A stretch of 64,000 bases of DNA from Clostridia bacterium (GTDB lineage Bacteria; Bacillota; Clostridia; RGIG6154), in NCBI GenBank assembly GCA_045589295.1, contig JAZNOU010000005.1:64001-128000 (forward strand), read 5' to 3'. This document shows, in pieces, positions 29,881 through 40,927 of the stretch. Below the pieces are notes generated by a model that saw only the letters and a list, made by a program, of their open reading frames with translations, ran no database searches and had not been told where the DNA came from. Position numbers and translations under genes: made by a program. Position 1 is the first letter of the stretch; every line of letters begins with the position of its first letter.

Positions 29881-30983
29881 ACCTGACCTTTATTTATGTC
29901 GTCTTTTACAATTTTATAAATAGCTGCCGTCAATGGCACGCCCAAAAGCATTCCCGGTATGCCCAATATACCACCGCCTACAGTAACCGCCGCAAGTACT
30001 AAAATTCCCGGAAGTCCAATTGAGTTACCTACTACCTTAGGATAAATTATATTCCCCTCAATCTGTTGCAAAACAACGAGAAATATTAAAAATATCAACG
30101 CTTTAACAGGTGATACCATAAGAATCATAAATGCCCCTACAGCTGCACCAATATATGCACCTGCAACAGGTATAAGTGCAGTAAACGCAACCAAAGCTCC
30201 AATCATAGCCGCATAAGGAAGCCTTAACACAAGCATACCAAGTGTACACAAAACACCTAAAATAACTGCCTCTACACACTGTCCAACGATATACTTGTGA
30301 AAACATTCATTAACTACTTTAAGAATATAGTATATCCTTTGCCTTGCCTTATGAGGCACATAATGAACAAACAACTTATCGGCTTTAGCAACAAGACTAT
30401 CCTTGCCAATCAGCAAATATATGGCAAAGATAATGCTTAAAAATGTTGTAACTGTTCCGGAAAGAACCGATGTTGCAGCCTTTATGACTCTATCCATAAC
30501 ATTTCCAAAACCTGATGTAATAACACTAGAATTTAAGGAAATTATATTTTGCACATCAATGTTTTCAATATATTCAACTACATTTTCCGGTACTGCAGGA
30601 AGGGTTTGAATATACTTTGCAATATTATTTATTGCAGAAGGCAACATTGTTATAATAAGCTTTATACAAGACACAAACTGCGGAACAACTAATCCTACTA
30701 TAAGCGTAACAATAGCAAGTAATGTAAGTATTGCACAAATAAGCGCAACTGGTCTTATGAGTTTTTTAAGCTTTTGTTTTTTTATTTTAGAAAAACACTT
30801 ATTTTCATAAAAGTTCATCAGTATATTTATGATATACGCAATTACAAATCCTACAACAAGCGGCACTAAAGCACCAAAAAACTTTGCAAGCAATGCAGAA
30901 AATGTACTCCAGTATATAATTAAAATATAAACTATAAATACACTAAGCCCTACTTTAAAGCAACTTTTCCATTCTACCTTCAA
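29877..30983 (-). CDS. AI-2E (PerM) family transporter
   Basis: LIPVAGAYIG, QQIEGNIIYP and GMLLGVP motifs. Confidence 0.9.
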   Translation of the reverse strand: MKVEWKSCFKVGLSVFIVYILIIYWSTFSALLAKFFGALVPLVVGFVIAYIINILMNFYENKCFSKIKKQKLKKLIRPVALICAILTLLAIVTLIVGLVVPQFVSCIKLIITMLPSAINNIAKYIQTLPAVPENVVEYIENIDVQNIISLNSSVITSGFGNVMDRVIKAATSVLSGTVTTFLSIIFAIYLLIGKDSLVAKADKLFVHYVPHKARQRIYYILKVVNECFHKYIVGQCVEAVILGVLCTLGMLVLRLPYAAMIGALVAFTALIPVAGAYIGAAVGAFMILMVSPVKALIFLIFLVVLQQIEGNIIYPKVVGNSIGLPGILVLAAVTVGGGILGIPGMLLGVPLTAAIYKIVKDDINKGQV

Positions 30984-30995
30984 ACGCCCATCTCC

Positions 30996-31643
30996 TTAAT
31001 TGGTCATTTTTTCCTGTTTTACTTTTTTGTCAATTACATGTCTTGACGCAAGTTCTTTGTGAATATCTTCCAGAGAAATGCCCATTTCAATCATTAAAAC
31101 CATAACGTGATAAGCAAGATCCGCTATTTCATAAACTGTTTCTTTCTTATCATCCGCTTTTGCAGCAATGATAACTTCTGTACATTCCTCGCCTACTTTT
31201 TTAAGTATTTTGTCAAGTCCTTTTTCAAAAAGATATGTTGTGTATGAACCCTCTTTTTTATCCGTTCTTCTGCCCCTTATAAGTTCCATTAAACCCTCTA
31301 ATGAAAACTCTGAAAGTTCTTCACTTTCCCACAAGGTATTTTCAAAGCAACTGTCTGTTCCCTTGTGGCACGCAGGTCCATCTTTTTCTACCATTACAAC
31401 TAAAGCATCATTATCACAGTCTGCAGTGATTGATACTATATGCTGATAGTTTCCACTTGTTTCACCTTTTAGCCAAAGTTCGTTTCTTGAGCGACTGTAA
31501 AAACAGGTAAGTCCTTTTTCCATTGAAATTTCAAGACTTTCTTTATTCATATACGCAAGTGTTAAAACCTTTTTTGTAACGCTGTCAACAACTATTGCAG
31601 GAATTAACCCCTTATCATCAAATTTAAGTTTACTTATATCCAT
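30996..31643 (-). CDS. hisIE: Bifunctional PRAMP cyclohydrolase / PRATP pyrophosphatase
   Basis: KGETSG, DCDND, ACHKG..SCF and KKVGEE motifs. Confidence 0.96.
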   Translation of the reverse strand: MDISKLKFDDKGLIPAIVVDSVTKKVLTLAYMNKESLEISMEKGLTCFYSRSRNELWLKGETSGNYQHIVSITADCDNDALVVMVEKDGPACHKGTDSCFENTLWESEELSEFSLEGLMELIRGRRTDKKEGSYTTYLFEKGLDKILKKVGEECTEVIIAAKADDKKETVYEIADLAYHVMVLMIEMGISLEDIHKELASRHVIDKKVKQEKMTN

Positions 31644-31655
31644 TTTAACTTCCTC

Positions 31656-32414
31656 CTAAATTCTTACAGGAATATTATTTTTCTTTAATTCTTCTTTTAA
31701 GTCTTTGATTTTCACTTCGCCAAAATGAAAGATTGATGCCGCAAGTCCCGCATCAACTGTAGGAAGCGTCTTAAATAGTTTAACAAAATCTTGTATTGAA
31801 CCTGCACCACCTGATGCAATAACCGGCACGTTAACTGCATTCAAAACTGCTTCTAACATTTCCAAATCAAAGCCCTTTTTAACACCATCGGTATCAATTG
31901 AGTTTAAAACGACCTCGCCTGCGCCACTACCTACACATCTTTTAATCCATTCTATCGCTTCCATACCGGTGTTTTCTCTTCCACCTTTTGCAAACACACG
32001 AAACACTCCGTCAACACGTTTAACATCTGCAGAAATTACAACACACTGATTGCCGTAAAGCTTTGCGGCTTCGTATATCAAATTAGGATTTTTAATTGCC
32101 CCAGAATTTACACTTACCTTGTCTGCACCGCATTTTAACACCCTGTCAAAATCGGTAACTGTGTTTATCCCGCCCCCAACAGTAAGCGGAATAAATATAG
32201 TTTTTGCCACATCGGTTAAAATATCAGTAAAAAGCTTTCTACCCTCATGAGACGCTGTAATATCATAAAACACAAGCTCGTCTGCGCCCAAATCACTATA
32301 CATTTTTGCAAGTTCTACAGGCGATGAAACATCAGAAAGCCCCTCAAAATTAACACCTTTTACAACTCTTCCGTCTTTAACATCAAGGCACGGAATTATT
32401 CTTTTTGTTATCAT
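31656..32414 (-). CDS. hisF: Imidazole glycerol phosphate synthase cyclase subunit
   Basis: [15 protein letters not shown] motif. Confidence 0.97.
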   Translation of the reverse strand: MITKRIIPCLDVKDGRVVKGVNFEGLSDVSSPVELAKMYSDLGADELVFYDITASHEGRKLFTDILTDVAKTIFIPLTVGGGINTVTDFDRVLKCGADKVSVNSGAIKNPNLIYEAAKLYGNQCVVISADVKRVDGVFRVFAKGGRENTGMEAIEWIKRCVGSGAGEVVLNSIDTDGVKKGFDLEMLEAVLNAVNVPVIASGGAGSIQDFVKLFKTLPTVDAGLAASIFHFGEVKIKDLKEELKKNNIPVRI

Positions 32415-33124
32415 TTTGCCACCTCGATTGCCTCTTTTAAGCATATAGCATTGGTGTAATATGCCTTTCCTATAATTGCACCATAAAGGTTTAATTTTCT
32501 CAATTTTTTAACATCTTCAATTGAGGAAACGCCGCCGGATGCAGTGATATTTACACTTAATTTTTCAGAAAGCAATTTATAAAGTTCGTGGTTTGTCCCC
32601 TGCATTGCACCATCTTTTGAAATGTCAGTACAGATAAGGGTTTTAACCCCAGCCTCTACCATTTTTTTGCAAAAGTCCATAAATGAATACTCAGACTTTT
32701 CAAGCCATCCTTTAACCGCAACAAACCCGTCTTTTATATCAACACCAACTGCAATTTTTTCGCCGTATTTACAAACCGCTTCTTTCAAAAACTCAGGGTC
32801 TTTTACTGCGGCAGTTCCCAAAATAACTCTGTCAACCCCTGCTGAAATATATTTTTCAACAGTTTCAATACTTCGTATTCCGCCGCCTACTTCGGTAAAA
32901 AGATTTGTTCCTGAAATAATGGTTTTTATTGTTTCCAAATTAGGTGTTGTACCGTCTTTTGCACCCTCCAAATCAACGATATGTATATACTTTGCTCCCT
33001 GATTTTGAAAATCGAGAGCAATTTCTATTGGGTTATCACTGTAAACAGTCATTTTATCGTAATCGCCTTTTAAAAGGCGCACCGCTTTACCCTCTACCAA
33101 ATCAATAGCAGGAAATATAAACAC
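32411..33124 (-). CDS. hisA: ProFAR isomerase
   Basis: PAIDL..GKAVRL, VGGGIR and TDISKDG motifs. Confidence 0.96.
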   Translation of the reverse strand: MFIFPAIDLVEGKAVRLLKGDYDKMTVYSDNPIEIALDFQNQGAKYIHIVDLEGAKDGTTPNLETIKTIISGTNLFTEVGGGIRSIETVEKYISAGVDRVILGTAAVKDPEFLKEAVCKYGEKIAVGVDIKDGFVAVKGWLEKSEYSFMDFCKKMVEAGVKTLICTDISKDGAMQGTNHELYKLLSEKLSVNITASGGVSSIEDVKKLRKLNLYGAIIGKAYYTNAICLKEAIEVAK

Positions 33125-33127
33125 TTA

Positions 33128-33742
33128 CTATTCCTCCGTTTCACAAAATGCTTTTAAAATCTTAAGTCCCACTTCACCGCTTTTTTCGGGGTGAAACTGA
33201 CAGCCGTACACATTGTCCTTTCCCACTGCTGCAACCAAATCACTTCCGTACTCTGAAACCGCAATAACATCGTTGCAGTTTTCGGCATGGTAGGAATGTA
33301 CAAAATACACGTGATCTCCCTCATTTAAATATTTGAAAATTTTACTTTTACTGCCTTTGAATTTTAAAGCATTCCAGCCTATATGAGGGATTTTTAAATC
33401 TTTCGGAATCACATCTCCTATATACTTTATTTCGCCTTTTATAAGTCCTAAACCCTCATGCTCACCATACTCGTAGCTTTTTTCGAGTAAAAGTTGCATA
33501 CCAAGGCAAATACCTAAAACAGGCTTTCCTTTTTTAGCCTCTGAAACTATCAAGTCGCCAAGACCTGATTCTTTAAGCTTTTTTGCGGCGTCGGAAAATG
33601 CACCGACACCAGGAAGAATTATTTTGTCTGCATTTATTATGTCCTCGGCATTACCTGTAATTTTAACATCCACACCAATTGCCTCAAAAGAGCTTTTGAG
33701 TGAAAAAAGGTTTCCTACTCCATAATCAACTATTGCTATCAT
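33128..33742 (-). CDS. hisH: IGP synthase glutaminase subunit
   Basis: LPGVG, GICLGMQ and QFHPEKS motifs. Confidence 0.97.
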   Translation of the reverse strand: MIAIVDYGVGNLFSLKSSFEAIGVDVKITGNAEDIINADKIILPGVGAFSDAAKKLKESGLGDLIVSEAKKGKPVLGICLGMQLLLEKSYEYGEHEGLGLIKGEIKYIGDVIPKDLKIPHIGWNALKFKGSKSKIFKYLNEGDHVYFVHSYHAENCNDVIAVSEYGSDLVAAVGKDNVYGCQFHPEKSGEVGLKILKAFCETEE

Positions 33743-34330
33743 TTAAAGTACTCCTTTGGTTGACGGAATTTCATCTTTGTAATTTTCATCAATTTCAACA
33801 GCCTGTTTCAAGCTTCTTGCAACTGATTTGAATGCTCCCTCAATAATGTGATGAGAGTTAGTTCCGGCAAGACTTTTTATGTGCAAAGTAATATTTGCAT
33901 TTCTTGCAAATGCAATAAAAAATTCCCATACAAGTTCTGTGTCAAATGTTCCTACTTTCTGTGCAGGAATTTCGAGGTTATATTCTAAAGCACCTCTGCC
34001 TGACAAATCAACTGCAGATAAAATCAATGCTTCATCCATAGGAAGAATTGTACTGCCATATCTTTCAACGCCTTTTTTATCACCTGCAGCCTCATTAAAT
34101 GCAGCACCCAAGGCAATACCGATATCTTCTACTGTGTGGTGATCATCAACAAAAGTATCACCTTTGCAATTAACGCTTAAATCAAATCTTGCATGTTTTG
34201 CAAAAAGTGTTAACATGTGATCTAAAAAGCCACAACCTGAATTAATTTCACTTTTCCCAATTCCGTCTAAGTTAAGTTTGAGTAAAATATCAGTTTCTTT
34301 AGTTTTTCTTTTAATCTCTGAAGTTCTCAT
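33743..34330 (-). CDS. hisB: Imidazoleglycerol-phosphate dehydratase
   Basis: DDHHTVED, NSHHIIE and PSTKG motifs. Confidence 0.97.
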   Translation of the reverse strand: MRTSEIKRKTKETDILLKLNLDGIGKSEINSGCGFLDHMLTLFAKHARFDLSVNCKGDTFVDDHHTVEDIGIALGAAFNEAAGDKKGVERYGSTILPMDEALILSAVDLSGRGALEYNLEIPAQKVGTFDTELVWEFFIAFARNANITLHIKSLAGTNSHHIIEGAFKSVARSLKQAVEIDENYKDEIPSTKGVL

Positions 34331-35400
34331 TTGTTTTCCTCCAAAATCTTTTTTACTGCATTTATTAAAGCTTTCATCTCATCAATATTTCCTACTGTTA
34401 TGCGATTATAATCTGAAATTTCATTTTTGTCAAAGTGACGGACTAAAATTCCATTTTCCTTTAGCTTTAAATAAAGTTCTTTTCCCGATATATCTGGACT
34501 TTTTGCAAATAAAAAGTTAGCTTTTGAGTCAGTCACTATAAACCCTAAATTTTCCAGTTCTTTTTTTGCAAACTCTCTGTTGCTTATGATGGTTTGGCAG
34601 TTGTCTAATACAGCATCATTATCCTCTAATATGCCTATTCCTGCCGCCATTGTCATTTTGTTGATGTTATACGGGTTGGTTGAATACTTAACTGTATTAA
34701 GGTCTTTTATAACCTCTTTTGAGCCAACACCAAAACCAAGCCTTGCCCCCGCCATTGAACGTGATTTTGAAAAAGTCTGCGTCACTAAAAGATTGTCATA
34801 TTTTTTAATAAGCGGAATACTGCTTGTTCCCCCAAAATCCACATATGCCTCATCAATTACAACAATGTTATCAGGGTTATTCTTTAAGATTTCTTCTATT
34901 TCGCTTAAAGTTAATGCTATTCCTGTAGGCGCATTAGGATTGGCTATGATAATAGTCTTTTTAAGTCCAAAATAATCGCTTATATTTATTGTAAAATCAT
35001 CTTTTAACGGAATTTCTTCATATTCTATTCCGTTAAGGGCTGCAAATACTGGATAAAATCCGTATGTAATATTTGGAAAAGCTACTCCTGTTTTGTCATC
35101 ACAAAACGCCATAAATGCAAAATTCAGAATTTCATCCGAACCATTTGTAACCAAAACTTCTTCATATTCCACACCTAAAAGTGCTGCAATTTTTTCTGTA
35201 AGTTCTCTGCACTCAGGATCCGGATATAAATTCAAATCCTGTGCCGCTTTTGCTGCCTTTTCAATCGCCTTTTTAGTTGGTCTAAAAGGAGATTCGTTTG
35301 TATTAAGCTTAATGTACTTCATATCCTTTGGCTGTTCGCCCGGCGTATAGGGAGTAAGCTTATTTAGTTTTTCGCTGAAAAATCTGCTCAATGTTTTCAC
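34327..35400 (-). CDS. hisC: Histidinol-phosphate aminotransferase
   Basis: KLNTNESP, NPNAPTG, DEAY and TFSKS motifs. The start may be TTG at 35391. Confidence 0.96.
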   Translation of the reverse strand: MKTLSRFFSEKLNKLTPYTPGEQPKDMKYIKLNTNESPFRPTKKAIEKAAKAAQDLNLYPDPECRELTEKIAALLGVEYEEVLVTNGSDEILNFAFMAFCDDKTGVAFPNITYGFYPVFAALNGIEYEEIPLKDDFTINISDYFGLKKTIIIANPNAPTGIALTLSEIEEILKNNPDNIVVIDEAYVDFGGTSSIPLIKKYDNLLVTQTFSKSRSMAGARLGFGVGSKEVIKDLNTVKYSTNPYNINKMTMAAGIGILEDNDAVLDNCQTIISNREFAKKELENLGFIVTDSKANFLFAKSPDISGKELYLKLKENGILVRHFDKNEISDYNRITVGNIDEMKALINAVKKILEENK

Positions 35401-36671
35401 TCCTTAATGCGTATAACTGCACTTTTTGCGTGTGCCGTAAGTCCTTCTTTTTTTGCAAAGTACTCTACATCTTCTGCAACTTTTGACAAAGCGTCTTTTG
35501 TGTAGTATGTGTACTGAGTTTTCTTAACAAAATCGTCTACTGAAAGCGGACTCGAAAATTTTGCTGTCCCGCTTGTGGGAAGTGTGTGATTAGGTCCTGC
35601 AAAGTAATCACCTAACGCTTCCGGACAGTTTTTACCCATAAATATTGAGCCTGCATGACGGATTGCATCTAAGTAATCAAACGGATTGTCCACACAAAGT
35701 TCCAAATGTTCAGGAGCAATCTCATTTGCAATTTCTATCGCTATATTAAGGTTATCCGCAACAATGAGTTTTCCATTGTTATCAATAGATGCTCTTGCAA
35801 TTTCTGCACGTTCAAGCTGTGGAATTTGTACTTCTAACTCTTCTGCTACCGCTCTTGCCAAATCAATACTGTCAGTAACCAAAACCGCACTTGCAAGCTT
35901 ATCGTGTTCTGCCTGAGATAAAAGGTCCGCTGCTAAATGCTTTGGATTTGAAGTGCTGTCTGCAACAATTAAAATTTCGCTCGGTCCTGCAATCATATCT
36001 ATCGAAACCATACCAAACACTTGCTTTTTAGCCTCTGCCACAAAAGCATTTCCAGGTCCTACAATTTTGTCAACTTTAGGAACGCTTTGTGTTCCTAAAG
36101 CAAGTGCCGCAATAGCCTGAGCACCACCTATTTTAAAGATTTTATCAACACCTGCAATTTTTGCTGCCGCAAGTATTACAGGGTTGATTTTTCCGTCACA
36201 AGACGGCGGTGTTACCATTACAATCTCTTTTACACCTGCAATTTTTGCAGGAATTGAATCCATTAAAACGGTAGATGGATAAGCTGCGGTTCCCCCGGGT
36301 ACATATAAACCTGCTCTGTCTACAGGAACTACTTTCTGCCCCATTATAATGCCATTTTCATCGTTAATGATAAAGCTGTTTCGCACCTGTTTTTCGTGAA
36401 ATTTTTTTATGTTTGCTGATGCCTTTTTAAGTATTTCAATAAATTCGGGTTCAACTAAAGAAAATGCTTCATCAATTTCCTCTTTTGTTACCAAAAGGGT
36501 ATCTAGCTTTGCTTTATCAAACTTTTCACAGTATTTATAAAGAGCACTGTCGCCATTTTCTTTGACATCTTTTATAATTTCTGTAACTATATCTTCAACA
36601 TTAACTATAGGTTCAACACGGGCAAAAATATCTTGGTTTTTTACCTCACCGTATTTTAAAATCTTAATCAT
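35397..36671 (-). CDS. hisD: Histidinol dehydrogenase
   Basis: GLYVPGG, AGPSE, QAEHD, PEHLEL and GPNHTLPT motifs. Confidence 0.97.
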   Translation of the reverse strand: MIKILKYGEVKNQDIFARVEPIVNVEDIVTEIIKDVKENGDSALYKYCEKFDKAKLDTLLVTKEEIDEAFSLVEPEFIEILKKASANIKKFHEKQVRNSFIINDENGIIMGQKVVPVDRAGLYVPGGTAAYPSTVLMDSIPAKIAGVKEIVMVTPPSCDGKINPVILAAAKIAGVDKIFKIGGAQAIAALALGTQSVPKVDKIVGPGNAFVAEAKKQVFGMVSIDMIAGPSEILIVADSTSNPKHLAADLLSQAEHDKLASAVLVTDSIDLARAVAEELEVQIPQLERAEIARASIDNNGKLIVADNLNIAIEIANEIAPEHLELCVDNPFDYLDAIRHAGSIFMGKNCPEALGDYFAGPNHTLPTSGTAKFSSPLSVDDFVKKTQYTYYTKDALSKVAEDVEYFAKKEGLTAHAKSAVIRIKE

Positions 36672-38235
36672 TTTTATCCTCCGCTTTAAAGCCATCTAAA
36701 AGTTTCTCTATCAAATCATTTTTAAACTTAAAGCTTGACTTGTTGGAAATAAGTCTTGCACTTATAGGTACAATTGTTTCTACAACATCTAAATTGTTTT
36801 CTTTTAATGTTGTACCCGTTTCTACAATATCTACTATAACATCTGAAAGTCCTAAAATAGGCGCAATTTCTATTGATCCATTCAAATGAATAATATCAAT
36901 TTCTCTTCCTTGGGATGCATAATAATTTTTTGTAATATTTGTAAATTTTGTAGCAACTCTCAGTGTTTTTTGTGTGTCATCCGTAAAGTCTTTCTTTGCA
37001 GCAACAGCCATCTTACACTTTCCTACATCAAGGTCTAAAAGCTCATAAACATCAGGACAGTATTCGAGCAAAATGTCTTTACCCGCAACACCGATATCTG
37101 CTGCGCCACGTTCTACATAGATTGCAACATCAGACGGTTTTACCCAAAAATATCTTACATTTACTTCTTTATTTTCAAAAATAAGTTTTCTGTTGTTTTC
37201 TTCTATTGAGGGACATGGAAAACCTGCCTCTTTGAACATTTTATAAACTTTTTCACCAAGTCTGCCTTTAGGAAGTGCAATATTAAGATATTTATTATTT
37301 GTATCGGTTTCGTAATTTTCCGTCTGTATATCACTGTTCTCCATACGCTCTAACATATCAAGATATACCGCAAACCCTATAGCCTTTGATTTTTTGCGCA
37401 TTTTGTGCATTAAATTATCGTACTGTCCACCTGACAGAACACCTGTCCAGACCCCATTGATAAATCCTTTAAACACAAACCCGTTGTAATAACTCATATC
37501 GTTGATAACAGAGAAGTCTATTCTTACATTATATCCGTTTTTTGAAAGCTCATCAGTCACTTCTTTAAGTTGATTTAAACTTTCACCTTGAACAAACTCT
37601 TTGAGTTCTTCAATTACTTTTCCGCTTTCTCCGTAAAGGGAAATAAGCTTTTCAAGTTTTTGGGAATCTGCCCCTTCATTTTCGCAGATATTCTTAATTT
37701 CATGAATGTTTCTTTCGCCTATACATTTTATGAGTGCTTTTTCAGACTTGGCAGATACTCCCAAAGACTCAATAACCTCTGATACAATTCCCATGTGCGA
37801 TATATCAAGAACATAATCTTTTGAAATGCTCTTTAAACTTTCACACGCAAGCATAATTACCTCATAAATATTTGAGTTATCTATATTCCCGATACACTCA
37901 AGACCCGCCTGCATAATTTCTTTATAGCTTTCCGTTCCTTTTGAAACCCTGTATACATTTTCATTATAATAAACTTTTTTAACTTTATCTTTATTATCAT
38001 CGGTATTTTTGATTATAGACAAAGTAACGTCAGGTTTTAATGCCATAAGTTTTCCGTCGGTATCAGTAAATGTTATAATATTGTCAGATACTAAAAAATC
38101 TTTATTTCTTACATAAAGGTCGTATTCTTCAAACTTACTCATTTTGTACTGCTTATATCCATATTTTTGATATAAAGTACGAAGTGTAAAAATTGCCTTT
38201 TCGTCATTTTTAAGTACACTTATGTCAATATTCAT
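36664..38235 (-). CDS. hisG: Fused HisZ (regulatory) - short-form HisG ATP phosphoribosyltransferase
   Basis: N-terminal HisRS-like HisZ (ALKPDVT, SYYNGFVFKG, GGQYD) continues in frame into HisG (IALPKGRL, ADIGVAGKD, DIVETGTTLKEN). Confidence 0.92.
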   Translation of the reverse strand: MNIDISVLKNDEKAIFTLRTLYQKYGYKQYKMSKFEEYDLYVRNKDFLVSDNIITFTDTDGKLMALKPDVTLSIIKNTDDNKDKVKKVYYNENVYRVSKGTESYKEIMQAGLECIGNIDNSNIYEVIMLACESLKSISKDYVLDISHMGIVSEVIESLGVSAKSEKALIKCIGERNIHEIKNICENEGADSQKLEKLISLYGESGKVIEELKEFVQGESLNQLKEVTDELSKNGYNVRIDFSVINDMSYYNGFVFKGFINGVWTGVLSGGQYDNLMHKMRKKSKAIGFAVYLDMLERMENSDIQTENYETDTNNKYLNIALPKGRLGEKVYKMFKEAGFPCPSIEENNRKLIFENKEVNVRYFWVKPSDVAIYVERGAADIGVAGKDILLEYCPDVYELLDLDVGKCKMAVAAKKDFTDDTQKTLRVATKFTNITKNYYASQGREIDIIHLNGSIEIAPILGLSDVIVDIVETGTTLKENNLDVVETIVPISARLISNKSSFKFKNDLIEKLLDGFKAEDKND

Positions 38236-38525
38236 TTTGTTCCTCCCGTAAGTTTATCAAGAATTTCCCTGTAACCACCGTTTCCGTAAACAAGACATCT
38301 GTTTACTCTGCTGATGGTTGTTGTGCTGGCACCCGTATTTTTTGATATTTCCTGATAACTTTTGCCCTCTTTTAGCTGACAAGCAACATCAAGACGCTGA
38401 GATATATCCTGAAGTTCCTTGATAGTACAAACGTCTTCAAAAAACTTTTTGCAATCCTCTTTTGACTTTAGAAGAAGTATTGCATCAAATAATTTTTCAA
38501 CTGATTTGGTGTTAAAAATATCCAT
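38232..38525 (-). CDS. TrpR-like YerC/YecD family repressor (HisR)
   Basis: FFEDVCTIKEL..ISQR and TGASTTTISRV.RCL.YG.GGY motifs; first gene of the his operon. Confidence 0.9.
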   Translation of the reverse strand: MDIFNTKSVEKLFDAILLLKSKEDCKKFFEDVCTIKELQDISQRLDVACQLKEGKSYQEISKNTGASTTTISRVNRCLVYGNGGYREILDKLTGGTK

Positions 38526-38540
38526 AAAAAAATCACCTTT

Positions 38541-38586
38541 CGCTTTATTACTTTACCATATTAACACATTAAAGTGATAAAGTCAA
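38541..38586 (-). promoter_or_regulatory. his operon sigmaA promoter overlapped by a HisR operator array
   Basis: Minus strand TTGACT-N17-TAATAT. YACTTTA/TAAAGTR-like half-sites recur every 8 bp. Confidence 0.75.
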
Positions 38587-38620
38587 TAGCAAAAGGTGAT
38601 AAATTTTAAATTTTTTCGCT

Positions 38621-40906
38621 TTACAGCTTATTTCTCTGAATTTTTCCGCTTACAGTTTTAGGTAAGCTGTCACGGAACTCAACAATTCTGGGATATTTAT
38701 AAGGAGCAGTTCTTTCCTTAACATAGTTTTGAATTTCCTTTTTAAGTTCTTCGGTTGCATTTGTTCCGTCAACAAGCACAATACTTGCTTTAACAATCTG
38801 TCCCCTAACTTCATCAGGAACAGCGGAAACGCCACATTCCAAAACATAAGGAAGTTCCATAATAACACTTTCAATTTCAAATGGTCCGATTCTGTAACCT
38901 GAAGATTTGATAACGTCGTCCGCACGACCTACATACCAGAAGAATCCATCTTCATCGCGCCAAGCAACGTCACCTGTATGATAGTAGCCATCATACCAAA
39001 CCTCATCGGTTTTTTCCTGATCGCGATAGTACCCTGTAAACAATCCGCATGGTGCGCCATTTGATACATTGATACAAATTTCGCCTGATTCTGAAGTTTT
39101 TACTTCATTTCCGTCTGAATCCAAAAGTTTAACATCATATATCGGCGCAGGCTTGCCCATTGAACCGATTTTATGCGGTGCTCCTGTCATATTTCCGATA
39201 ATCATTGTACTTTCTGTTTGTCCAAAACCTTCAACAATCTGAAGTCCTGTTGCCTTTTCAAACTGGCGATAAACTTCAGGATTTAATGCCTCACCCGCTG
39301 TTGTCATATGCTGAACAGATGAAAAATCATACTTTGAAATATCCTGCTTTATAAGCATTCTAAGCATTGTAGGCGGTGCACAGAATGTAGTAATCTTATA
39401 TTTAGCAAACATAGGCAGTATATCAGATGCGTCAAATCTGTCAAAATCATATACAAAAAGTGCTCCCTCGCAAAGCCACTGACCATAGAGTTTACCCCAC
39501 ATTGCTTTTGCCCAGCCTGTATCTGAAATAGTAAAGTGAAGTCCGTCAGGGTCTACATTATGCCAATATTTTGCAGTGTGAAAATGACCTAACGGGTACT
39601 TGTAATTATGTGCCGCAATTTTTGGATAACCTGATGTTCCCGATGTAAAATACATAAGCATTAAATCATTTCCGCAAGGTGACTCTTCACTTCTGTTAAA
39701 GTGAGTTGAAAATCTTTGATATTCTTCATCAAAGGTTCTCCAACCCTCACGAGTTCCATTAACAATAATCTTATTTACAAGTTCAGGACATTTTTCTGCA
39801 GCCATCTCAACCTGATGTGAAACATCTCCATCTGCTGTACAGATAATTGTACTTACTCCCGCAGATTTGAATCTGTATTCAATATCCTTTTCAAGAAGCT
39901 GATTTACAGCAGGAATTGCAATAGCACCAAGCTTATTTAAGCCAATCATAGCAAACCAGAACTGATAGTGACGCTTTAAAATAAGCATAACTCTGTCGCC
40001 TTTTTTAATACCAAGTGATGCAAAATAGTTTGCACACTGGTTTGATGCTTTTTTAATATCTTTAAATGTAAATCTTCTTTCTGTCTTATCTCCTGCGATA
40101 TGAAGAAGTGCCAACTTTTCAGGTTCGCGGTCAGCTAAAGCGTCAATAAGATCAAATCCAAAATTAAACTTGTCCTCATTTTTGAATTTAATTGAAAGCG
40201 GTGTTCCTTTTTCATTTTCTTCAATATCTATATAGCTATTATAAATTCTTTCTTTATCATCTCTATGAATACGACCTATAATTCTTTCAGGTGATGCCTG
40301 TTTTTTATCCTCTTCTGCATCTTCGCCCTTTAATACAATAGCATAGAAAAGGCAGTCTTTTCCGTTAACCGCAATCATACCATGAGGTGTGCTGCTCTTA
40401 TAATAAATGCTGTCGCCAGGGCCTAAAACTTCTTTATGGTCGCCAATTTGCACCATTAAGTTACCTTCAATAACAATGTCACATTCCTGACCTTCGTGAG
40501 TTGTAAGCTCAATGTCTTTATTTTCTGCATTTTCATCATAAACACTTCTTACAAAAAGCGGTTCAGCAACACGGTCTCTGAAAGAATATGCCATATTGTA
40601 ATATGTCATACCATGAGCTTTTGCAATCTGCTGACCTGCACCTGCACGTGTTAATGTGTAAGACTTAAGATTAGGACTGTAACCTTCAATAATATCGGTG
40701 ACATTAACCTTAAGAGCCTGTGCACAAAGGTAGATAAACGCAAAGTTCAAGTCTTTTTCACCGTTTTCACATGCTGCATATTCCTCTGCTGTAACGCCTG
40801 TTTTTTCGGCCATAAATTCTACTGTGTAATTTTCAATTTCACGAAGCTCTCTTATACGCTCCGCCATTTCCTTGATTTTTAAATCGAGTGCGTTAAAATT
40901 ATCCAT
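38621..40906 (-). CDS. XRE-HTH/cupin domain fused to a medium-chain acyl-CoA synthetase
   Basis: N-terminal HTH and cupin (THEGQE, GDSIYYKSSTPHGM); AMP-binding motifs YFTSGTSGYPK, EGFGQTE, YHTGD and PKTVSGKI. Confidence 0.93.
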   Translation of the reverse strand: MDNFNALDLKIKEMAERIRELREIENYTVEFMAEKTGVTAEEYAACENGEKDLNFAFIYLCAQALKVNVTDIIEGYSPNLKSYTLTRAGAGQQIAKAHGMTYYNMAYSFRDRVAEPLFVRSVYDENAENKDIELTTHEGQECDIVIEGNLMVQIGDHKEVLGPGDSIYYKSSTPHGMIAVNGKDCLFYAIVLKGEDAEEDKKQASPERIIGRIHRDDKERIYNSYIDIEENEKGTPLSIKFKNEDKFNFGFDLIDALADREPEKLALLHIAGDKTERRFTFKDIKKASNQCANYFASLGIKKGDRVMLILKRHYQFWFAMIGLNKLGAIAIPAVNQLLEKDIEYRFKSAGVSTIICTADGDVSHQVEMAAEKCPELVNKIIVNGTREGWRTFDEEYQRFSTHFNRSEESPCGNDLMLMYFTSGTSGYPKIAAHNYKYPLGHFHTAKYWHNVDPDGLHFTISDTGWAKAMWGKLYGQWLCEGALFVYDFDRFDASDILPMFAKYKITTFCAPPTMLRMLIKQDISKYDFSSVQHMTTAGEALNPEVYRQFEKATGLQIVEGFGQTESTMIIGNMTGAPHKIGSMGKPAPIYDVKLLDSDGNEVKTSESGEICINVSNGAPCGLFTGYYRDQEKTDEVWYDGYYHTGDVAWRDEDGFFWYVGRADDVIKSSGYRIGPFEIESVIMELPYVLECGVSAVPDEVRGQIVKASIVLVDGTNATEELKKEIQNYVKERTAPYKYPRIVEFRDSLPKTVSGKIQRNKL

Positions 40907-40927
40907 TAAAATCCTCCTGTAAGGGAC

